NCBI GenBank assembly: GCA_002269645.1
Contig: NIVC01000084.1
Coordinates: 558,001-622,000, forward strand
Source: Macrostomum lignano
Lineage: Eukaryota
Length of the DNA stretch: 64,000 nt
Reading direction: 5' to 3'
Under the pieces are notes generated by a model, which did not search any database, was not told the DNA's origin, and worked only from the letters and a program-made list of their open reading frames with translations. This document shows positions 49,501 to 62,125 of this stretch, in pieces. Position 1 is the first letter of the stretch. Each line of letters begins with the position of its first letter. Position numbers and translations under genes: made by a program.

Positions 49501-52500
49501 CCTTTGCTGTCCCGGGCGATAAGGTTAGAGTTAATGAATTAGTTAATGAATTGTAACTATCTAAGTCATTTCTCTATAGCTATTTAGTCACTTCAAATCC
49601 CCAGGTGAGTTCATCATCATATCCCAAATCCCCGGGTGAGTTCTTCATCATCATATATCCCAGATCCCAGGTGATTTCTCCTCATCATATACCAAATCCC
49701 CTCGAGGTGAGTTCCTCACCATATCCCAAATCCCCAGGTGATTTCTCCTCATCATGTACCAAATCCCCTCGAGGTGAGTTCCTCACCATATCCCAAATCC
49801 CCAGGTGATTTCTCCTCATCATATACCAAATCCCCTCGAGGTGAGTTCCTCACCATATCCCAAATCCCCAGGTGATTTCTCCTCATCATGTACCAAATCC
49901 CCTCGAGGTGAGTTCCTCACCATATCCCAAATCCCCAGGTGATTTCTCCTCATCATATACCAAATCCCCTAGGTGAGTTCCTCACCATATCCCAAATCCC
50001 CAGGTGATTTCTCCTCATCATATACCAAATCCCCTAGGTGAGTTCCTCACCATATCCCAAATCCCCAGGTGATTTCTCCTCATCATGTACCAAATCCCCT
50101 AGGTGAGTTCCTCACCATATCCCAAATCCCCAGGTGATTTCTCCTCATCATGTACCAAATCCCCTCGAGGTGAGTTCCTCACCATATCCCAAATCCCCAG
50201 GTGATTTCTCCTCATCATATACCAAATCCCCTCGAGGTGAGTTCCTCACCATATCCCAAATCCCCAGGTGATTTCTCCTCATCATATACCAAATCCCCTC
50301 GAGGTGAGTTCCTCACCATATCCCAAATCCCCAGGTGATTTCTCCTCATCATGTACCAAATCCCCTCGAGGTGAGTTCCTCACCATATCCCAAATCCCCA
50401 GGTGATTTCTCCTCATCATGTACCAAATCCCCTAGGTGAGTTCCTCACCATATCCCAAATCCCCAGGTAAGTTCCTCATCATGTACCAAATCCCCAGGTG
50501 ATTTCTCCTCATCATGTACCAAATCCCCATGTGAGTTCCTCCTCATCATTTATCCCAGATCCCAGGTGAGTTCCCAATCATATCCATCATAGGCACTCGA
50601 TCGCTCCTTTCATCCCTTACTATCTGCAGGTAGCAAGTGAACGCTCTCACCCAGGCAGCCAGGATCGCCAAGCAGTGGGGCCGCTGCCCCACCTGTGGAC
50701 TCAGTCAGTCTATGCCCTGTGCTGCCTACTTAGGGACGGGTTTTTGCGTCCCCAAGAGCTGGATCCCATCGGCAGGCGTCTGGCTCTGGAGCCGAAGCCC
50801 GACTTGGTGGTGCAGGTGGTTGTTATCGCCGAGGATGCCAAGATAAAGAAAACTTTGCAGTCGAGATACGGGCTGAAGCAGGTGATTGTGGGTCAATATG
50901 CCTGTCAGTGTTAGATCAGGGGGTGGTGGGTGGCCCAGCAACTGGGGATCTGGGAGGCTGGCCCAGCAACTGGGGATCTGGGAGGCTGGCCCAGCAACTG
51001 AAGAGCTGGGAGGCTGGCCCAGCAACTGAGGATCTGGGCGGTTGGCCCAGCAACTGAGGATCTGGGAGGCTGGCCAGCAACTGAGGATCTGGAAGGCTGG
51101 CCCAGCAACTGAGGATCTGGGAGGCTGGCCAGCAACTGAGGATCTGGAAGGCTGGCCCAGCAACTGAGGATCTGGGAGGCTGGCCCAGCAACTGAGGATC
51201 TGGGCGGTTGGCCCAGCAACTGAGGATCTGGGAGGCTGGCCCAGCAACTGAGGATCTGGGCGGTTGGCCCAGCAACTGAGAATCTGGGAGGCTGGCCCAG
51301 CAACTGAGGATCTGGAAGGCTGGCCCAGCAACTGAGGATCTGGGAGGCTGGCCCAGCAACTGAGGATCTGGGAAGCTGGCCCAGCAACTGAAGAACTTAG
51401 CAAGCTGCACCAGTCGGAGACTTAAATCCCCTTCGAACCCGCCTAGGTGCAAGACTTCAGCGAAGTCCACTCGGCCACCAGAATCCGAGTTTTTCCGGCC
51501 AAAGTGCTCGGCCATTTCTACCGCCATCTCGGCCGGTGTCCGACGCTGGGCCTGAGCGGCCGTCCAATCAGCGATGTCGGCATCTTGGCTACCAGCCGTT
51601 TGTACAACGTCGGCTCTCGAACGGTGGCCTTCACCCCTCAGTTCCTGGATCACCACTCATTCTATTTAAGTCTGGACGTTAATTTCCTATTGGACCTGTT
51701 CCGCACCGATGTGGCCTACCTGAAGAGCACCTGGTCAGCCGTTGGCCGCCCGCTGTTCGTCATTCCGGTTTATCACTGGTATTTCAATCCGGACACTGCT
51801 GAGGCATCGCAGACTGCTCTGCTGACCACCATCAGGAAACTGCAGAGCGGTTATATTAACGGCACCAGGTGAAAAGAAGGCCACTGAACTACTGGGCTGA
51901 GGGATGTAGATTTTTTAAAGGCATTGCGGATGTTCTATAGACTGTTATATAGATTTACATAAAGTGTGTGATATTTCTCATAGAGTATGGGATCTTATAT
52001 ATATGGCTTGGATTCTATTTTAGAGTATGGAATCTTACTTTTAGAGTATGGGATCTTACTTGTAGGGTATGAAATCTTACTTGTAGGGTATGGGATCTAA
52101 TATGTAGGGTATGGTATCTTATTTTTAGGGTATGGGATCTTACGTGGTCTGGTGTGAGTCAACGTTTCGATTTATGAGATTCAAAATACGGTTTTAGAGA
52201 TATTTCATTTTTAAAAGGCTTTGAAGTCATTTTAGGGAACCAAATATCATAGTTTAATTTATAAGCAAACTCGTGAATCTCATTTCAGAGTCACTCTAGG
52301 CAATCTGGCTGACTTTGTGGACACCAGCTGCGTTACTCAGATGTCATTTTTGAACTCCAGCCAGAGCGGTGCGTGCTGGGACTGCGGACCTCTATGAAAC
52401 ATCTGGCTGGCCTAGCAACTTGGGATCTGGAAGGCCTAGCAACTGGGGATCTGGGTGGCCTAGCAACTGGGGATCTGGGTGGCCTAGCAACTGGGGATCT

Positions 52501-55357
52501 GGGTGGCCTAGCAACTGGGGATCTGGGTGGCCTAGCAACTGGGGATCTGGGTGGCCTAGCAACTGGGGATCTGGGTGGCCTAGCAACTGGGGATCTGGGT
52601 GGCCTAGCAACTGGGGATCTGGGTGGCCTAGCAACTGGGGATCTGGCTGGCCTAGCAACTGGGGATCTGGCTGGCCCAGCAACTGAGGATCTGGGAGGCT
52701 GGCCCAGCAACTGAGGATCTGGGAGGCTGGCCCAGCAACTGAGGATCTGGGAGGCTGGCCCAGCAACTGAGGATCTGGGAGGCTGGCCCAGCAACTGAGG
52801 ATCTGGGAGGCTGGCCCAGCAACTGAGGATCTGGGAGGCTGGCCCAGCAACTGAGGATTTGGGAGGCTGGCCCAGCAACTGAGGATCTGGGAGGCTGGTC
52901 CAGCAACTGAGGATCTGGGAGGCTGGCCCAGCAACTGAGGATCTGGGAGGCTGGCCCAGCAACTGAGGATCTGGGAGGCTGGCCCAGCAACTGAGGATCT
53001 GGGAGGCTGGCCCAGCAACTGAGGATCTGGGAGGCTGGCCCAGCAACTGAGGATCTGGGAGGCTGGCCCAGCAACTGAGGATTTGGGAGGCTGGCCCAGC
53101 AACTGAGGATCTGGGAGGCTGGTCCAGCAACTGAGGATCTGGGAGGCTGGCCCAGCAACTGAGGATCCCCCTCTCTCCTGTTCAGACGGGCTGCTGGCGA
53201 AGGCCAGGGCCACAGCGGCGAACGAGTCGGCCCTGTTCAGCCGCGGCCGCTGCCGCCTCGGTTCGACAGCCTCCGTCCACTCGAGGACTTTCGGCAGCAG
53301 CGAGTCATCGCCTGAGGACCAGTGCTCGGTGCGCACTCGTTCTCGACGTCAACCGCCGAGTTCAGCAGCTGCTTCTGCTGCCGCCGCCGCCACAGCTTCT
53401 CGTCGACGCAAGTCGCTAGTTTTGAGTAACGCCGTGTCGGAAGAGCTCGGCGAAGATCTGGACGTCACGGACGCCGGCTTCGGCCTCGATTCGTTCGCCA
53501 TCCATGCCGCCGCTGCCGCTGCTGCCGCGGCAACTTCATCGTTTGACGAGGACAGACAGCACAGCGTTGGTGAGTCTGAGTCTAGACTTCTCATGGGGAA
53601 TTCCTTGGATGTGGATAGACTTCTCATGGGGAATTCCTTGGATGTGGATAGACTTCTCATGGGTAATTCCTTGGTTGGGGATAGACTTCTCATGGGGAAT
53701 TCCTTGGATGGGGATAGACTTCTCATGGGGAATTCCTTGGATGGGGATAGACTTCTCATGGGGAATTCTTCAGTTAGGGATAAAATACCAAATAGGAAAT
53801 TCTTCAGTAAGTTTCTTCCCATCATACATGCGCAACTGCTGGCCGACCTGTCCGATCTGGCCACCGTAAATTGTGGTGGACCAGAGGTAAGTCGCAAAAA
53901 TGACACCCTAAAGAATACGGATGTAGTACTAATTAGATGTTGAGGCATTTAGGCCTGATAAGACAGTCATAGTTACTCCTGCCGTTTACCCAAAATAAAT
54001 TTAGCTTTAGGGTTTTTTTCACAGGTAAGTCGCATTTTTGGTCAAAAAATAAGTCGCATGGCCAGTGTAAATCAGGGGGATTGCGCATATATACTTCCCA
54101 TAGAAAATTCTTCGTAAGCCCGAGAGATTCAAGGATGAGTTCTGTTCGTCGCAGGCCGCAGGCAGGCCCAGCTCAGAAGCTCCGGTCTCGCATCGCTGCA
54201 GATGCCAAATCTTGGCCAAATGCTTGCCGAAGTCGGGCACTCGCCAGACGGCAATGCTAGTAAATTTAAAACAAAAAGTTTTTAGCGCCGCTTTAAAATG
54301 TAGCTCGCGGTTCTATTTATTGATTTATTGATTGACTTTGATTCGATGACTTTGATAATCCAATCATATGCTTTGCGTTGCCCAATTTAAAGCCGAATAT
54401 TGAATCCCCGAATCCCATAAACCGATAAACACATCCCACAAACAAATTCACAAATCCCATAAACAGATTCCTAAATCCCATAAACAGATTCACAAATCCC
54501 ATAAACAGATTCACAAATCCCCTAAACAGATTCACAAATCCCATAAACAGATTCACAAATCCCATAAACAGATTCACAAATCCCCTAAACAGATTCACAA
54601 ATCCCATAAACAGATTCACAAATCCCATAAACAGATTCACAAATCCCATAAACAGATTCACAAATCCCATAAACAGATTCACAAATCCCATAAACAGATT
54701 TACAAATCCCTAAAAAGATTCACAAATCCCATAAACAGATTCAGAAGTCCCATAAATTCCATAATTCCATAAACAGATTCACAAATCCCATAAACAGATT
54801 CACGAATCACATAAACAGATTCACAAGTCCCATAAACAGATTCACAAATCCTATAAACAGATTCACAAATCCCATAAACAGATACACAAATCCCATAAAC
54901 AGATTCACAAATCCCATAAACAGATACACAAATCCCATAAACAGATTCACAAATCCCATAAACCGATTTGTGAATTTCTAATCCCACAATATGTATCTTG
55001 CATCTCAAAACCCATATTTCATATTGTAAATTAGAAATTCCCAAACAATGCGGCATATTGCACAGCCTAAGAATTGGTAGTGTCAGCTTCAAATTCACGA
55101 CTTTAATCACTCTCAGACCACTCGTCTCCGTTGGCGATGGCCTACCAGCGACTGAACTCCGTGTGCGAGGGCTCCGGACTCAGACGGACCGCGTCTTGGC
55201 GAGCCGTCATCGAGGACTGCGAGGAGCTGTGCGAAGGGAAACTCGACAATAGCAGTGCGGGTTCTGTTCATGCTTTATTGGGACTTGATTTCGCGCTTGG
55301 GAATCGTGTTTATACTGTATTGTCTCTGTGTGCTGCGAAAAGCCTGTCTCTGGCACA

Positions 55358-55453
<96 letters not shown>

Positions 55454-55515
55454 TGACACACACACAGACAGACAGACAGACAGACACACAGACAGACAAA
55501 AAGACAGACAGACAT

Positions 55516-55574
<59 letters not shown>

Positions 55575-58500
55575 CTATACGACACAAAGATACAGACACT
55601 AAGACAGACAGAAAGACACTAAGAAAGCTAAGCAAAAAAGCCAAATGCATTGTTCTTGCAGCCTATCCCCGACATCTTTGATGATTTCTAACTCCCCCTA
55701 GCAACCTTTCCCCAACAGTGACCCACAGGTTGCGCAAGCCAGCCACCCTGGAACACGTGGACAGCGGCGAGAACATGAAGCGGGTTCTGCGTCACGGACA
55801 GGATCGCGACCGAGGCCATCTAGGCGTAGGCAATGGTGACGAAGGTCGGACACTTTCCGGACATCGCCTGTCCGAGTTGGCGGACAAAGAGCTGCTGAGA
55901 AAGTTGGAGGCCTCTGATCAGCTTTACGAACAGTTTGATCTGCTGTACCAGCTGTACCTTAACAGGTGAGGGCTGCTGCGTTGGCGGAGTGAGACAGTGA
56001 GAGAGCGAGACAGTGGGAGAGGGAGACAGTGAGAGACGGAGACAGTGGGAGAGTGAGACAGTGAGAGACGGAGACAGTGGGAGAGTGAGACAGTGAGAGA
56101 GGGAGGCAGTGAGAGAGGGAGACAGTGAGAGAGTGAGACAGTGAGAGAGGGAGACAGTGAGAGAGGGAGACAGTGGGAGAGGGAGACAGTGAGAGACGGA
56201 GACAGTGAGAGAGGGAGACAGTGAGAGACGGAGACAGTGAGAGAAGGAGTCAGTGAGAGAGGGAGACAGTGGGAGAGGGAGACAGTGAGAGAGGGAGACA
56301 GTGAGAGACGGAGACAGTGGGAGAGTGAGACAGTGAGAGAGGGAGGCAGTGAGAGAGGGAGACAGTGAGAGAGTGAGACAGTGAGAGAGGGAGACAGTGG
56401 GAGAGGGAGACAGTGGGAGAGGGAGACAGTGAGAGAGGGAGGCAGTGAGAGAGGGAGACAGTGAGAGAGTGAGACAGTGAGAGAGGGAGACAGTGGGAGA
56501 GGGAGACAGTGGGAGAGGGAGACAGTGAGAGAGGGAGGCAGTGAGAGAGGGAGACGATGAGAGAGGGAGACAGTGAGAGAGTGAGACAGTGGGGAGGGAG
56601 ACAGTGAGAGACGGAGACAGTGGGAGAGTGAGACAGTGAGAGAGGGAGGCAGTGAGAGAGGGAGACAGTGAGAGAGGGAGACAGTGAGAGAGGGAGACAG
56701 TGGGAGAGGGAGACAGTGGGAGAGGGAGGCAGTGAGAGAGGGAGACGATGAGAGAGGGAGACAGTGAGAGAGTAAGACAGTGGGAGAGGGAGACAGTGAG
56801 AGACGGAGACAGTGGGAGAGTGAGACAGTGAGAGAGGGAGGCAGTGAGAGAGGGAGACAGTGAGAGAGTGAGACAGTGAGAGAGGGAGACAGTGGGAGAG
56901 GGAGACAGTGGGAGAGGGAGACAGTGAGAGAGGGAGACAGTGAGAGAGGGAGACAGTGAGAGAGGGAGACAGTGAGAGAGGGAGAGTAGTGCCAGGCCTG
57001 AATTCCAACCCTGAACTCCCTACAGAGGCCTGGACTATGACACTGGCTGGCAGGAGGCGGCAGGTCCCGTGACAGTCCGCGATCTGGTCAAAGAGCTGTA
57101 CGAGAAGGCTGGCTCGCTCAGGCAGTGGTGGCTGGTCAGGTTCACTGCCGGGATGCTGGATAAGCGAGTGGAAAATCTGCCAATGTTTCTCACCGATCTG
57201 CTGGTCAGACAGAAGCAGGTATTGAAGCCAGGATTTCTGACGCAGGATGTTAAGTTGTTTATTTGGTATAGTGGATTTCCGGATTCTGTTTTTGGGATTT
57301 CGGGCTTCGGTTTTGGGGATTTCGGGATTTTGAGATTTCGGGATTCGGTTTTGGGGATTTCGGGATTTCGGGATTTCGAGATTCGTTTTTGGGGATTTCG
57401 GGATTTCGGGATTTCGGGATTTCGGGATTTTGGGATTTCGGGATTTTGGGATTTCGGGATTTCGGGATTCGGTTTTGGGACTTTAAGATTCGGTTTTGCA
57501 ATTTTTTGGATTTAGTGATTCAGTTTTCTGATTTTGGGAATCGGATGCGTGATTTCGGGATTTTTGGATTAAGATTTTTAAAAATCCCATTAAACCGCAG
57601 GTAACCGTGGGCCTCCCGCCGGAGCCGCAGCACGCCGTTATCAACTCACCGCTGGCTTCGGGTGTCCTGGCCGCCAGGATTCGAGCCGCCTGCGCAGGTG
57701 ACCTGACGCTGGGCGTGCTCACTCAGGAGCTGCTGGTCTATCTGAGCATGCTGGCTCGCACTGAGCCGCAGCTATTCGCCAGCACCTGCCGGGTCAGGGT
57801 CGGACTTATCGTTCGGGTCATGGGGTCCGAAATGGGTCGAGCTCTGGGACTCAACGGTGAGGATTATTAACTATATGTACAAGTCACGGGATTTGAATTG
57901 ATCTCACTGGTCCATGATGACCATTGTCTATGACTCTTAAGGCATCCAGCGACCTTTAACTACCCAGAATCCATGACGAATATTATTTTTATGACTCAAT
58001 GAACAATAATCAATGACTCATGGCAGTTTAATGACTCAGTGATCCGCAAAGCAGTACCTATTAGTTCTTGATGACTCAATGACCCGGAATACATGACCTA
58101 TGACTATTTAGAGACTCAATTGCATGACCTATGACTATTTATTGACTCAATGACCCGGAATGCATGACCTATGACTATTTAGAGACTCAATGACCCGGAA
58201 TGCATGACCTATGACTATTTAGAGACTCAATGACCCGGAATGCATGACCTATGACTATTTAGAGACTCAATGACCCGGAATGCATGACCTATGACTATTT
58301 AGAGACTCAATGACCCAGCATGCATGATCTATGACTATTTAGACTCAATGACCCGAATGCATGACCTATGACTATTTAGAGACTCAATGACCCGGATGCA
58401 TGACCTATGACTATTTAGAGACTCAATGACCCGCATGCATGACCTATGACTATTTAGACTCAATGACCCGGAATGCATGACCTATGACTATTTAGAGACT

Positions 58501-61433
58501 CAATGACCCGGAATGCATGACCTATGACTATTTAGAGACTCAATGACCCAGCATGCATGACCTATGACTATTTATTGACTCAATGACCCAGAATGCATGA
58601 CCTATGACTATTTAGAGACTCAATGACCCAGCATGCATGACCTATGACTATTTATTGACTCAATGACCCAGAATGCATGACCTATGACTATTTAGAGACT
58701 CAATGACCCAGCATGCATGACCTATGACTATTTAATGACTCATGGACCCTGAATCCATGCCCCGTAGTCACTCATTGTTAGCATCGAATTGACAGAATTT
58801 TCTATTTTTTCAACTTCTCAGCCGAAGAAGCCACCGAACACCTTCTTGGCCTGAGTCCGTTCGAAATGAAAACATTGCTTCATCACATACTTAGCGGCAA
58901 AGAGTTTCGTGCGGAGTACAGTGAGTTTCACTTTCTGTTGCTATGGTCTTCTGTGCCAGTTTATTTGTTATTTTTGTTGCTGTTGTTGTTGTTGTTTTTT
59001 TGTTAGACAACATATCGTCTAGTCAATTTTATTTCTAACTTATATTGATTTGTTTGTCATTTTTGCAGCTCAAGACGAAAAAGTCACGCTTGAGGTAGGT
59101 GATATAGAACTTTTTACTGTCTACAAGGGCCTGTCGTGAAATTCACACCCCTTCACTGGTTGCTGGTCCACTGGCTCGCATTGATACTGACTGACACTAT
59201 AGCACAGCCTCGGCTAAAATATGCATGGACACAGACACAGACACAGCCACAGACACAGACACAGCCACAGACACAGCCACAGACACAGACGCAGACACAG
59301 ACAGCCACAGACACAGCCACAGACACAGACACAGCCACTGACACAGCCACAGCCACAGACACAGTCACAGACACAGACACAGACGCAGGCACAGACACAG
59401 CCACAGACACAGACACAGACACAGCCACAGACACAGCCACAGACACAGCCACAGACACAGCCACAGCCACAGACACAGCCACAGACACAGACACAGCCAC
59501 AGACACAGACGCAGACACAGCCACAGACACAGACACAGATACAGCCACAGACACAGCCACAGACACAGACACAGACGCAGGCACAGGTACATGTACAGAC
59601 ACAGACACAGGCACAGACACAGCCACAGACACAGACACAGACACAGACACAGACACAACCGCAAGGCACAGACACAGACACAGACACAGACACAACCGCA
59701 AGGCACAGACACAGACACAGACACAGCCACAGACACAACCGCAAGGCACAGACACAGACACAGACACAGACACAGACGCAGGCACAAGCACAGACACAGA
59801 CACAGACGCAGTCACAGACACAGACACAGACACAGACGCAGGCACAAGCACAGACACAGACACAGGCACAGGCACAGACGCAGACACAGACACAGGCACA
59901 GCCACAGACACAAGCACAGACACAGGCACAGACGCAGACACAGCCACAGACACAGACACAGACACAGCCACAGCCACAGACACAGTCACAGGCACAAGCA
60001 CAAGCACAGACACAGACACAGACGCAGGCACAGACACAGCCACAGACACAACCGCAAGGCACAGACACAGTCACAGACACAGACACAGACACAGACGCAG
60101 GCACAAGCACAGAAACAGACACAGACGCGGTCACAGAAACACAGACACAGACACAGACACAGACACAGACGCAGGCACAAGCACAGACACAGACACAAGC
60201 ACAGACACAGACACAAGCACAGACACAGGCACAGACGCAGACACAGGTACAGGTACAGACACAGACACAGGCACAGACGCAGGCACAAGCACAGACACAG
60301 ACACAGACACAGGTACAGCCACAGACACAGACACAGACACAGGCACAGACACAGACACAGACGCAGGCACAAGCACAGACACAGACACAGACACAGGTAC
60401 AGCCACAGACACAGACACAGGCACAGACACAGACACAGACGCAGGCACAAGCACAGACACAGACACAGACACAGGCACAGACACAGGCACAGACGCAAAC
60501 ACAGACACAGGCACAGACGCAGGCACAGACACAGGCACAGACGCAGACACCCCGAACCCGCCTCCAGTCGGACAGCAGGCTCATAGATTTCCGCCCCCTA
60601 TCGGCGGAGGCGGCGGAGACACGGCTGAACCAGACCATGAGCTCTGACAGGCGCGGCCAGTGGCTCCGCAGACGCAAAATCGACGGCGCCCTCAGTCGAG
60701 TTCCGGCCGGCTTTTATCGGCAGATGTGGCGCCTGCTGGAACGGGTGGACGGGCTGAACATTCGCGGCCACATCATTGGCCAGCATCTGACCCGGGAGAT
60801 GACCGCTGGGGAGCCAAAGTTTGCTCTGCAGGTTGGCTGCTGAACTGTTCGGATTCTGTGTGGGGTTTTAGTAGATTGTGCTGAAGGCAATTTGGACTTT
60901 GAATCAACTTTTCAGGTGGAGTCCATCATCACATCCGTGCCTGTGCCCGAGTACCGGCAGCTGGTTGTGGAAGCTCTCAGCCTGCTGGTCCGCCTGCCGG
61001 ATATGGATCCCGATGGCCGCCTTGCTGGGCTGCAGGTTGGTGCTGCTTGGGTCTGGGAGGCTGGCCCAGCAACTGAGGATCTGGGAGGCTGGCCCAGCAA
61101 CTGGGGATCTGGGAGGCTCCAAAAAGCATCCGAGAACCCCAAACCGCCTATCCGCAGGGCCGGGTGCTGCCTGTGGAGCAGCTGGTCCACTCGGCGAACC
61201 GAATCTTCCTGGAGGACCTTCTGTCGGCCAGTTCGGGCGGTGACGGTGGATTGGTCGCCAGCTGCGGCTGCCGCATCGGCGGCGACGGCTGCGGCGCCTG
61301 CGGTCTGTGCGGCCGTTTTTACGACACGGCGCCCAGCGGCCGGTTCGGCACCCTCGCCTACCTGGTGCGGGCCCTGCCGGACCTGCTGCCGCTGCCCGCG
61401 GACAGCGACGGACTGGAGTGCCCGGTGCAGTAG
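46564..61433 (+). CDS. PHKA: Phosphorylase b kinase regulatory subunit alpha, about 1290 aa, at least 16 exons; start codon not located
   Basis: Exons ~46580-46856, 47901-48476, 49256-49523, 50630-50881, 51447-51868, 52289-52368, 53186-53569, 55117-55254, 55719-55965, 57026-57218, 57601-57856, 58822-58920, 59069-59094, 60568-60831, 60916-61035, 61158-61433, phases consistent. Motifs [75 protein letters not shown]; CaaX-like end CPVQ*. Confidence 0.94.
46975..47790. repeat. 21-bp minisatellite, PHKA intron
   Basis: Unit gatttcggtgtggtatttgta. Confidence 0.96.
48495..49250. repeat. Two adjacent pyrimidine-rich minisatellites (24-25 bp, then 21 bp), PHKA intron
   Basis: cctgcccgctcttctcccctctct, then ccccatcactctacccactct. 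Confidence 0.95.
49595..50570. repeat. 65-67-bp dimeric minisatellite, PHKA intron
   Basis: Unit ccaaatcccctcgaggtgagttcctcaccatatcccaaatccccaggtgatttctcctcatcatgta. Confidence 0.95.
50927..51395. repeat. 28-bp minisatellite (family A), PHKA intron
   Basis: Same unit as 24338-24600. Confidence 0.96.
52020..52145. repeat. Short about 22-bp minisatellite, PHKA intron
   Basis: tag(a/g)gtatgggatcttact units. Confidence 0.8.
52405..53167. repeat. Family A minisatellite: 24-bp truncated units followed by 28-bp units, PHKA intron
   Basis: ggatctgggtggcctagcaactgg, then ggatctgggaggctggcccagcaactga. Confidence 0.96.
53583..53770. repeat. 33-bp minisatellite, about 6 copies, PHKA intron
   Basis: Unit gatagacttctcatggggaattccttggatg(g/t)g. 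Confidence 0.92.
53823..54093. mobile_element. MITE, 271 bp, same family as 26430-26715, opposite orientation
   Basis: Left TIR catacatgcgcaac, decayed right TIR attgcgcatatata; 8-bp TSD cttcccat at 53815-53822 and 54094-54101; internal taagtcgcatggcc and gacagtcatagttac match the reverse complement of the 26.4-kb copy. Confidence 0.88.
54410..54962. repeat. 21-bp minisatellite, PHKA intron
   Basis: Unit cccataaacagattcacaaat. Confidence 0.95.
55357..55620. repeat. (GACA)n microsatellite, PHKA intron
   Basis: Tetranucleotide run. Confidence 0.96.
55985..56985. repeat. 16-bp purine-rich minisatellite, PHKA intron
   Basis: Unit gagagggagacagtg(a/g). Confidence 0.96.
57270..57570. repeat. 8-bp degenerate repeat, PHKA intron
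   Basis: (gggattt[c/t])n. Confidence 0.9.
58070..58740. repeat. 40-bp minisatellite, about 16 copies, PHKA intron
   Basis: Unit gactcaatgacccggaatgcatgacctatgactatttaga. Confidence 0.95.
59226..60550. repeat. (CACAGA/CACAGG/CGCAGG)n hexamer repeat, about 1.3 kb, PHKA intron
   Basis: Lies between the micro-exon ending at 59094 and the acceptor at 60567. Confidence 0.96.
61052..61118. repeat. About 2.5 units of family A 28-bp repeat in the last (122-nt) PHKA intron
   Basis: tctgggaggctggcccagcaactgaggatctgggagg. Confidence 0.9.
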
Positions 61434-61517
61434 CGAGTGACCTGCGGAGTGACTTTTGGAGTGCCGCGAAGAGTGCCACCGTTGTGTTTGCCTTTACAAG
61501 TGGCCCGGTGCACTCTG

Positions 61518-62125
61518 CCTCCCCCGTCTCTCCCCCTGTCTCCCCCGACTCTCCCTCTGTCTCCCCCGACTCTCCCTCTGTCTCCCCCGACTCTCCCTCT
61601 GCCTCCCCCGACTCTCCCTCTGCCTCCCCCGACTCTCCCTCTGCCTCCCCCGACTCTCCCTCTGCCTCCCCGACTCTCCCTCTGCCTCCCCGACTCTCCC
61701 TCTGCCTCCCCCGACTCTCCCTCTGCCTCCCCCGACTCTCCTCTGCCTCCCCCGACTCTCCCCCTGTCTCCCCGACTCTCCCTCTGTCTCCCCCGACTCT
61801 CCCTCTGCCTCCCCCGACTCTCCCTCTGCCTCCCCCGACTCTCCCCCTGTCTCCCCCGACTCTCCCTCTGCCTCCCCCGTCTCTCCCCCTGTCTCCCCTG
61901 ACTCTCCCTCTGCCTCCCCCGTCTCTCCCCTTGTCTCCCCCGACTCTCCCCCTGCCTCCCCCGACTCTCCCTCTGCCTCCCCGACTCTCCCTCTGCCTCC
62001 CCCGACTCTCCCTCTGCCTCCCCGACTCTCCCCCTGCCTCCCCCGACTCTCCCTCTGCCTCCCTCGACTCTCCCTGTCTCCCCTGACTCTCCCTCTGCCT
62101 CCCTCGACTCTCCCTGTCTCCCCCA
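61518..62125. repeat. 20-21-bp C-rich minisatellite just downstream of the PHKA stop
   Basis: Unit ccccgactctccctctgcctc. Confidence 0.95.

Noticed and set aside
50726-53336. Minus ORFs with a 28-aa repeat ([28 protein letters not shown])
   Set aside because: A 28-bp stop-free unit cycling through the frames, antisense in PHKA introns.
54019-54240. Minus-strand 73-aa ORF
   Set aside because: It runs into the MITE, is antisense in a PHKA intron, and has no recognised motif.
59136-60647. 503-aa ORF with a signal-like N-terminus and Thr/Asp-rich, His-rich or Cys-rich repeats
   Set aside because: It starts at GTG, the hexamer repeat is stop-free in most frames, the peptide pattern drifts between registers, and it lies inside a PHKA intron.
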